Shown here in pieces: positions 57,084 to 64,000 of a DNA stretch of 64,000 bases. Origin of the DNA: an uncultured Acidobacteriota bacterium (GTDB taxonomy: Bacteria > Acidobacteriota > Terriglobia > UBA7540); contig CAWDSK010000002.1 of the NCBI GenBank assembly GCA_963804995.1, forward strand, positions 224,001-288,000. Direction: 5' to 3'. The notes beneath the pieces were generated by a model that was not told the origin of the DNA, made no database searches, and saw only the letters and a program-made list of their open reading frames with translations. The translations under genes and the position numbers were made by a program. Numbering within the stretch: the stretch's first letter is position 1; every line of letters starts with the position of its first letter.

Positions 57084-57884
57084 TTATTGTGCCGCGGTCA
57101 TGTTTTGCAGCCATTTCTGGAAGTCTTCCTCAGTCATCACATCCACAAAGGCCCGCATCTTGTAGTGGCCCAGGCCGCAGAGTTCAGCGCAGGCAAGTTC
57201 GTATCGGCCGGTTTTCGTGGCCGTAAAGTGAATGGGAATCTCCATTCCGGGAACCAAGTCTTGCTTCATGCGCAGTTCGCGAACGAAAAAAGAGTGCGTA
57301 ACGTCTTTGGAGCGGAGAATCAACTGGATTTCGCGATTGACCGGAAACGCGAGGGTGGCGGTGACGATGTCGTCCTTGGACGCCGCGTCGTGTTCACGGT
57401 CGAGTCCCAGAAAATTGCCCATGGCATCGTCAACTTTTTCCACGCGCACGGGACCGAACTGGCCGTCGGGTCCGGGATAACGGAAGTACCACGCGAACTG
57501 CTGGCCCCACACTTCAATCTGCATGGCACCCGGCTGCGCTCCCACAAAGTGGATGTTGGCCCAGGTGCGGTAACCCATCAGATTGAGGCCGATGAAAAGG
57601 ATGGCCGCGCCGATGGTCCAGGTAGCTTCCATCAGGTTGTTGCCGTGGGAGTACCTTGCTTTGCGGCCGTTGCCTTGGTCACGATACTTCCAGATCGCGT
57701 AGGCCAGCGAAACCTGCGCAGCCACGAAAATGATTCCTGTGATGATCAGGGTCAGCATGAACTGATGATCGATGGCAGGGCCGTGCTGGGCGATGTCAAT
57801 CGGGAACCACCAAGTATGTGCCCAGAAAAAGTAGCCGGAAAGCAAGGTGATGATGACCACCGCGAGCGCGATTGCCAACGCCAT
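57084..57884 (-). CDS. ctaC: Cytochrome c oxidase subunit II (CuA)
   Basis: DVTHSF and CAELCGLGHYKM motifs. Confidence 0.93.
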   Translation of the reverse strand: MALAIALAVVIITLLSGYFFWAHTWWFPIDIAQHGPAIDHQFMLTLIITGIIFVAAQVSLAYAIWKYRDQGNGRKARYSHGNNLMEATWTIGAAILFIGLNLMGYRTWANIHFVGAQPGAMQIEVWGQQFAWYFRYPGPDGQFGPVRVEKVDDAMGNFLGLDREHDAASKDDIVTATLAFPVNREIQLILRSKDVTHSFFVRELRMKQDLVPGMEIPIHFTATKTGRYELACAELCGLGHYKMRAFVDVMTEEDFQKWLQNMTAAQ

Positions 57885-58272
57885 AAGTCAATGCTCCTGG
57901 ATAAGTTTCCCTGTTCGCAGATGGACAACCCTGTACAGGGGCGCACAACCATGCACACCGCCGCAGTTACCGTACACACACCGGAACTGCTACAACTTAC
58001 AAATCAGATTGTGGGAAAAAGCCCCAACTTAGCGCAAAGGGACACCAGACCTAATGTCGCGGAAAATGTGTCCGAGCGCAAGAGACATTATGTCCCTGTC
58101 CCATTTCTGCTGAACAACTTCAAGCTGACGGCACGCCCCACGCGAGCCGTAGCGAGCGTAGTCCCACCAAAAAGAAACCGCAATGTGTTTTGCCAGGCCA
58201 CCCCTCATCCGTCCCACTTAGGCGGATGAGGGGGCCTCGTCCCATACACGACTATCTATTCCGAAATAGTTT

Positions 58273-59058
58273 TCAGGACGCCTTGAACTTGAAATCGGCC
58301 GTCTTGCTTTCCTTCGCGCCGACCGTCACTTTCTGTTCCTGCGTTCCGAAGGTTGCCGTCCAAGCTTCGATCGTGTAATCGCCGGGCGGCAGCCCCTGGA
58401 TGGTGAACGTTCCGTCAGGGCCCGATACGGCGTAGAACGGGTTCGACGTGACCCCGACCCAGGCGCGCATCCAGGGGTGCTGGTTGCATTTGACCGGGAC
58501 CATAATCTCCGGCCGCGCGAACTTCTGCTCGATGGGCGCAGCGCCGGGCGCCTGCGACATATTCCACTCGCGATTATCCTTGGGCATGGGGTGGATGTTG
58601 TGCGCGGTGGCGTCGCTGGAAACGATTTTCAGCGTCTGTCCCGCCATGATGCCCAGGACGTGCGGTTTGTACATGCAGCCATCTTGGTCGAGGGTCACCG
58701 CATCCGCCGGGGGCGCAAAGGTGTACTTTTCAGCACCGGACTTCACGTAGACAAACACGTTGGAAAGTGTGCCGTTCTCATTTACTTCGCCATCCTCGGC
58801 GAAAACAACTTTGCCACCATGCTTCTGCACGCACACGGGGTCCTGATCCATCATGATCCGTGCCGGCTTGGGCTTTGCACCTTCAAAAGTGATCTTGCCG
58901 GTTACCGAGCCCACCGTAGCCTGATCAATCGGCGTGGGGGCGGGCGCCGTCGTGGTTTGGGCGGGCTGCTCAGGTGCCTGTTCCTCTTTCTTCCCGCAGC
59001 CGACGAGCCCCAAGACTACCAAGGCTGTAAAGAGCAAAATCCATTTTCGGTTATTCAT
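58273..59058 (-). CDS. Lipoprotein with cupredoxin-like/carboxypeptidase-regulatory domains
   Basis: LVGC lipobox; DQDGCMYKPH, HNIH and KCNQHPWM motifs. Confidence 0.75.
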   Translation of the reverse strand: MNNRKWILLFTALVVLGLVGCGKKEEQAPEQPAQTTTAPAPTPIDQATVGSVTGKITFEGAKPKPARIMMDQDPVCVQKHGGKVVFAEDGEVNENGTLSNVFVYVKSGAEKYTFAPPADAVTLDQDGCMYKPHVLGIMAGQTLKIVSSDATAHNIHPMPKDNREWNMSQAPGAAPIEQKFARPEIMVPVKCNQHPWMRAWVGVTSNPFYAVSGPDGTFTIQGLPPGDYTIEAWTATFGTQEQKVTVGAKESKTADFKFKAS

Positions 59059-59094
59059 GGGATAAACCTTTCCTCGAAATTTGATTCGCGTACC

Positions 59095-62000
59095 TCAATT
59101 ATGCGCTTTCGTGAGAAAACTAGCGAGAGTTGGATTCTTGTGGCGAGATGGAACTGCAGCCAATGCTTGTGCGGGGGAACCGGCGCTGTGAACAGGGGGC
59201 TCGGCTCGATTCTCCGATGTCTTCAGCAGTGCTCCGCTCAATCCGATCAGCCGTCGCTGCTCGTCCGGTGTAATCTCAAACAAGTAGCGCATCAGCAATT
59301 CCGGCTGGTCGCCATCGTAGCCCTTAAAGATATCAGGCGTGGGGCCGGCAAAGACGTAGTGGTCAGCCTGGGGTTTAAATAAGCCCGAAGGCATTGCTGT
59401 TCCGGGGCTGATCATGGAGGGGTTGAGCATCCAGCGACGAGCCCAGCCGGGCTTCAGGCGATCCCGAGCCAGGAGGAAGTTGGGCGCAGTAGCAAACTTG
59501 TCGTGCGCCGGGTCGCCCGTGGCGTGGCACTTCAGGCAGGGCGCGGCTTTGCTTGTGAACAGCGCGCGGGCCATGGCAATTTCCTGCTCCGATAGCGGGT
59601 CGAGCTTGGGTGCGATGTAGGGCATGGGCTGGCCGGAAAGCGCCTGGAAGAAGCGCACCAACTTGCGCAGCTCGATGGGAGAAAAGTGGAAGGTCGGCAT
59701 ACGCGCTTTCAAATAAGGCCGCACCCCGTCGCGATCTGTGTCCTTCGGATCGAGCGCGGGATTCGACAGGAACTTCAGCATCCAGTCAGGATTGGCGCGG
59801 GCACCCTCGCCCATAAGTTTGGGCGGCAACTGATCCTTCCACTCGGGCGTCTGATAGAGCGGCAAGGTCATCAAGCGGCTCGACTGCCCCACCATGAACT
59901 GGTGGCAGCCCATACAGTTGTACTTTTTAACAATCCACCAGCCTTCCTGGATATTGTGCCGCTGGTCCTCCGGCGCATCCCAGTAACGACGCGGATATTG
60001 CGACTCTACAGCCCCCATCAAGAACGTGGTGAGGGCGGTAATTTCCTGAGGCTTCATATCGAAGTCGGGCATGCGCAGTCGGTCGTTGGGATCGCGGTCG
60101 GTCCAGTCGCGCCCGGTGTCGTAGACCTCGGGCTTCTCAAGCTTGTGCTCGAAGAATCCCTTGTGGCTGTACCAGTCGGCCTTTTGGGCCTCTCCGGTGA
60201 GCAATCCAAAATCAATCTGCTCGAGGGGCTTGGAACCTTCCTTGGTGAGCTCCGTGCCGATGCGGCCTTCATCTTCCATGCCCGCAATCTCGTGGCAGCC
60301 TGCGCAACCGTAACGCTGCACGAGGGTGCGGCCTTGCTCCTTGAGCTTGGGGTCGTACAGGAAATCGGCGCGGGGATATGTGGAAGGATCTTCTTCCTTC
60401 AGCGTGACCAGGTAGCTGGCTATGTCGCGCGCTTCCCCGATCGACAAGCGCAAGTTGGGCATGATGGTTTCCTGCTCCACCTGCAACTCGTGACCGTCGT
60501 TCGGACATCGCGAGTGGCCGAGGTCAAATACAAACGGCAGTCCGTGACGCTTGTAGTCCGCTTCCGTGAGGTCGCGCTTTTCGTACGGGCAATAGGGGCG
60601 CGTGCGTTCGCGGGGGTCGTGAATCCAGCGCACCAGGTAATCGTAATTATCCTTTTCACCCACCTTCGAAAGGTTAGCGGCAAAACCGGCGTCGGAATCG
60701 CTCAAGGAGTGGCAGCCCATACACCCGCGGGTCTCGAAACTTTCTTTGCCCTTCACCGGATCCCCGGGTGGCTGGTGCGGCAGCGTGCCATCAATACCGC
60801 TCTGCCAAATGAACGCGGAAATCTCTTTTACTTCGTCCCCGCTCAAGCGGAAACGCGGCATGCGCGTAGTGGGGCGCCAGGCATGGGGGTTGGAGATCCA
60901 GACCGGGATCCAGTCCGGCCTAATCTTTACGCGCACTTCTTTCAAATCCGGTCCGACTTTCTTCATGCCGCGCATCAGGTCTTTGGAGCGGCGATCGAGC
61001 TGCTCGATGCGGCCGTCGATGTCGCTGATGGAAACGCGCAGCATATCCGCCTGGGTATAATACTTCCGCGCGGTGTCATTGTCGGGCGCCTGATCACCCA
61101 TCTGGATGGCATGCTGGATGTCGCGCTGCGCGTCGTGCCGCCGATTCTCAAGCTGCATCATCTCCTGCTGGCCCGCCACCAACTCTTCCGGCTCCGGATC
61201 GTAATTCTGGAACCGGTGGCAGCCCACGCAGCCCCGGTATTGGAAAAGTTCCTTGCCAGAGCTCAGCACAGGCGCGTGGTCGACAAGCATGTCGCTCGCG
61301 TGGCATTGCTGGCAGCCAGCCTGGACGTTCTCATGCGGGTGGAGCGGCCACAGCCAGTGCTCGTAGTTGCCGTGCGCTTTTTCGACGCTTTCCACCTGCA
61401 TGCCGTTACCATTGTGGCAGGGGGAGCAACCGAACTTCTCCGGGTCATGAAGCGCAAGCAACTCGGGGTCCGGGTGGCTCACGAATACTTTCTTGCCACC
61501 CATGTCCTTGGCCGTAAGTACGACCGGCTCGCGAATCCCCGCGTGGCAGGACTCGCACCGATCTACAATGCCTGCGTCAGGATTATTGACCTGCCGAATA
61601 TCAACTACGGAACCATTCACCTTGACGAGAAGGCCGTGCAACTGCTCAGCGGTCAGCCCATTCAGGTGGTCCGCGACATACGCATCGCGCTTCTTGCGCA
61701 GATCCGAAACGGGCCGCAGCAGCGCAGCCTTTTCCTCCAGCATCTTCGCCTTGTCGAGCTGGACACTGTTAAATTCCTCTTGCAGTTGTTGGAAGGTGTA
61801 GCTGCCCTTCTCGCGATGACCGTCCGGCAGAGTGGGCAGGGAGAGTTCGAAAGGGCCAGCCTCGTACTTGGCCAATCCTTTCTGTATTGACGCTTTGCTG
61901 CCCGCCGAGGTGTGCTCAATCTGGTAAACCTGCGTCGCTACGTAAGCCCGGGCGGTCGTGAAGGTATCCGTGAGGGTGGAAAAGCGCGCGTCCAGCACGG

Positions 62001-62307
62001 CGATCTGCCGGTCCAGTTCCTCCGTCTTGTCCTTTACTTGGGCTTCCGAAGTCTTGAGTTGCTGGTCGAGTTGCTGATACTCGGTGGACTTCAGAATGGC
62101 TTCCTCAGCAATCTTTTGTTTGGGAATCTCCTTGACCAGAAAGGAATGGTAGCGGCGCGCAAATTCGCGTTGATAGCTCTTCCAAGGGCGCAGGCCGAAA
62201 AATTCGCCATAGAGCGCCCAGACGAGCGTCAGCATCAGGAGGACAGACGCGGCCACAAAGAACGTGGCGAGCGATGTCGTAATGACGGGATCCTTTTCCT
62301 CAGGCAA
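59095..62307 (-). CDS. Membrane-anchored multiheme cytochrome c (8 CxxCH)
   Basis: CESCH, CSPCH, CQQCH, CVGCH, CMGCH, CAGCH, CMGCH, CLKCH; N-terminal TM; coiled-coil inserts. Confidence 0.9.
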   Translation of the reverse strand: MPEEKDPVITTSLATFFVAASVLLMLTLVWALYGEFFGLRPWKSYQREFARRYHSFLVKEIPKQKIAEEAILKSTEYQQLDQQLKTSEAQVKDKTEELDRQIAVLDARFSTLTDTFTTARAYVATQVYQIEHTSAGSKASIQKGLAKYEAGPFELSLPTLPDGHREKGSYTFQQLQEEFNSVQLDKAKMLEEKAALLRPVSDLRKKRDAYVADHLNGLTAEQLHGLLVKVNGSVVDIRQVNNPDAGIVDRCESCHAGIREPVVLTAKDMGGKKVFVSHPDPELLALHDPEKFGCSPCHNGNGMQVESVEKAHGNYEHWLWPLHPHENVQAGCQQCHASDMLVDHAPVLSSGKELFQYRGCVGCHRFQNYDPEPEELVAGQQEMMQLENRRHDAQRDIQHAIQMGDQAPDNDTARKYYTQADMLRVSISDIDGRIEQLDRRSKDLMRGMKKVGPDLKEVRVKIRPDWIPVWISNPHAWRPTTRMPRFRLSGDEVKEISAFIWQSGIDGTLPHQPPGDPVKGKESFETRGCMGCHSLSDSDAGFAANLSKVGEKDNYDYLVRWIHDPRERTRPYCPYEKRDLTEADYKRHGLPFVFDLGHSRCPNDGHELQVEQETIMPNLRLSIGEARDIASYLVTLKEEDPSTYPRADFLYDPKLKEQGRTLVQRYGCAGCHEIAGMEDEGRIGTELTKEGSKPLEQIDFGLLTGEAQKADWYSHKGFFEHKLEKPEVYDTGRDWTDRDPNDRLRMPDFDMKPQEITALTTFLMGAVESQYPRRYWDAPEDQRHNIQEGWWIVKKYNCMGCHQFMVGQSSRLMTLPLYQTPEWKDQLPPKLMGEGARANPDWMLKFLSNPALDPKDTDRDGVRPYLKARMPTFHFSPIELRKLVRFFQALSGQPMPYIAPKLDPLSEQEIAMARALFTSKAAPCLKCHATGDPAHDKFATAPNFLLARDRLKPGWARRWMLNPSMISPGTAMPSGLFKPQADHYVFAGPTPDIFKGYDGDQPELLMRYLFEITPDEQRRLIGLSGALLKTSENRAEPPVHSAGSPAQALAAVPSRHKNPTLASFLTKAHN

Positions 62308-62406
62308 CCTAAACCCCCAAAGTTCGAAGCTCGAAAATCGAAACTCGAAAATCGAGATCCGCCCCGAGTTTCGAATTTCGAGTTTCGGATTTCGTCATTT
62401 TGCTTT

Positions 62407-63342
62407 TCAAAGATTGAACCAGGGCGTCACCCAGATATATTTGATTCTAAACAAATGCCGTATGAGTATTTTGATCGGAAGCAGCAACATGATCGTTAAG
62501 AAAGCCTGCATGGTCATGTACTGAAGGAAGCTCATCTTCTGGTAAATCTTCTTGTTGAAATCATTCCAGGTAATCAACTTATGCACGAATCCGCCCGCCA
62601 CCACGAAGTAGACCCCCGTAACAATGGCCCCGAAGATCACCTTGCCCCATACGGAGGAGATAAAGAAGATGTCGGGCAAGTCCCGGTTCACCTCAAATAC
62701 CTGACGGTTGGGATCCCAAGTCTGGCCAGGCCAGAACCACATCCATCCGGGGCCACGGATGAAAGTCCCGATCACCACCATCAGCAGCCACAGCAACATG
62801 AAGCCGAAACAGAAGGTCCCAATGGCGAAACGACGCTGCTTCCAGGTGTAGTACCCGGAGCCCAGCGGGTTGGCGTCGATATAGGGAATCACCATCAGCC
62901 CCACGATGATGAGTGTGGGCATCACCACCCCCGCCATCCAGGGATCGAAATAGACCAGCATTTCCTGGAGGCCCAGAAAATACCACGGGGCCTTGGCGGG
63001 GTTCATGGTCAGGTTGGGGTTTGACAACTCCTCGAGCGGTGCGTTGAGCGTGATGGACCAGACCATCAGGATAACGGTGACAATGATGGCGGCCAGGAAT
63101 TCAATGCGCAGCAGGAAGGGCCAGACAGGAACCTCCTTGGTCCAACCGGGCTTCCAGGGTAGCGCCTTGCGATGATGGGTCTTGGCAAGCTGCGGGTCGG
63201 CTTCCAATTGCACGATCAGGCGGTCGTTGGCGAGCGCCTGCCGGAGGCCATACCAGGTATAGAAGGGTACGAGCCCGATCAACGCCACGATGGGAACGTT
63301 GTCAGGCGCGGAAGTAATTTCCCAGAGTTGATGCCAATCCAT
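62407..63342 (-). CDS. Cytochrome b subunit-IV-like protein of a Rieske/cytochrome b complex
   Basis: VWPFLL, APLEELSNP and NPAKAPWYFLGLQE motifs. Confidence 0.85.
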   Translation of the reverse strand: MDWHQLWEITSAPDNVPIVALIGLVPFYTWYGLRQALANDRLIVQLEADPQLAKTHHRKALPWKPGWTKEVPVWPFLLRIEFLAAIIVTVILMVWSITLNAPLEELSNPNLTMNPAKAPWYFLGLQEMLVYFDPWMAGVVMPTLIIVGLMVIPYIDANPLGSGYYTWKQRRFAIGTFCFGFMLLWLLMVVIGTFIRGPGWMWFWPGQTWDPNRQVFEVNRDLPDIFFISSVWGKVIFGAIVTGVYFVVAGGFVHKLITWNDFNKKIYQKMSFLQYMTMQAFLTIMLLLPIKILIRHLFRIKYIWVTPWFNL

Positions 63343-63436
63343 TTTGGCTATCAGCTTTCAGCTATCAGCTCTCAGCTCCCGGCCATCAGCTTGGAGGCGA
63401 TGCCTCGACTGACGGCTGATAGCTGATAGCAACTTG

Positions 63437-64000
63437 TCATTCTGTGTGCTGCGGCACCACGTACGGCAGCACCTTCATCTTCAGCGCTTCTTGCTCCAGG
63501 ATCACGGGCGCGGGCCCGGAGATGCCGCCGTCTTTTCGCACCCGCCAGAAATGCACACCCATAAAGACAGAGGCAATAAGTGGGATTGCAATACAATGCC
63601 AGATATAAGCACGCAAAAGAGCGTTGGCATCCACGATGGAGCCGCCCAGCAGGGCAAAGCGCACGTCGTTGTAAGGGGTCATGCCGAGTTGCGCGCCAAA
63701 GGGGCCCTCATGCCCGAGCAACGGGGTAGCGCGCGCCATGTTCGTGCCCACCGTCACCGCCCAGAAGCCCAGTTGATCGTCGGGAAGCAAGTAGCCGGTA
63801 AAGCTGAGCAGCAAGGTGAGCACCAGCAGGATGACACCCACGCACCAGTTGAACTCGCGCGGCTTTTTGTAAGAGCCCGTGAGGAAAACCCGGAACATGT
63901 GAAGCCAGACAGTGATGATCATCAGGTGTGCAGCCCAGCGATGCATGTTGCGCAGCAGTGACCCGAACGGCACGTCGCTCATCAAGTAGACGATGTCTCG
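63437..64000 (-). CDS. Cytochrome b6-like N-terminal subunit, 5'-partial
   Basis: [34 protein letters not shown] and WHC...[14 protein letters not shown] motifs. Confidence 0.92.
   Translation of the reverse strand, partial: RDIVYLMSDVPFGSLLRNMHRWAAHLMIITVWLHMFRVFLTGSYKKPREFNWCVGVILLVLTLLLSFTGYLLPDDQLGFWAVTVGTNMARATPLLGHEGPFGAQLGMTPYNDVRFALLGGSIVDANALLRAYIWHCIAIPLIASVFMGVHFWRVRKDGGISGPAPVILEQEALKMKVLPYVVPQHTE

Noticed and set aside
59686..61890. 734-aa plus-strand ORF
   Set aside because: Antisense shadow of the multiheme cytochrome, as expected from high-GC codon bias.

Overview
GC-rich bacterial window; gene content and repeat style suggest Acidobacteriota/Terriglobia (inference). The housekeeping backbone comprises a GH36 alpha-galactosidase, a cytochrome c maturation operon (ccmE-F-H-I-like-?-A-B-C-D, with a CxxxY-type CcmE), a Ser/Thr kinase, SRP RNA-dnaX-ybaB-recR, a heterodimeric ABC exporter, lpxB and an M1 peptidase. 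At the right end is a large minus-strand respiratory cluster: split cytochrome b, an 8-heme cytochrome c, an A1-type oxidase and ctaA/ctaB. Two accessory zones stand out. At about 0.0-7.2 kb, toxin-antitoxin modules and a Schlafen/AlbA_2 plus PD-(D/E)XK pair sit among three ~200-bp structured direct repeats and decayed attC-like sites. At about 38.8-43.7 kb, ParD, AbiEi/AbiEii and two exported-protein genes are bounded by three ~75-bp palindromic direct repeats. No integrase or RAYT is present in the window, so these repeat-delimited cargo arrays are the best candidate for an undescribed cassette system. REP/REPIN hairpins also act as landing pads: a DDE IS with a 21-bp hairpin target duplication, a group II intron and 21-24-bp micro-insertions all lie inside REPs. 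Small genes missed by the ORF track include a double-glycine-leader peptide with core FNPQPDPPGRS, ccmD, a truncated DUF4160 and a RelE remnant. Single-base frameshifts in dnaX, ccmA and the Schlafen gene are probably assembly errors.
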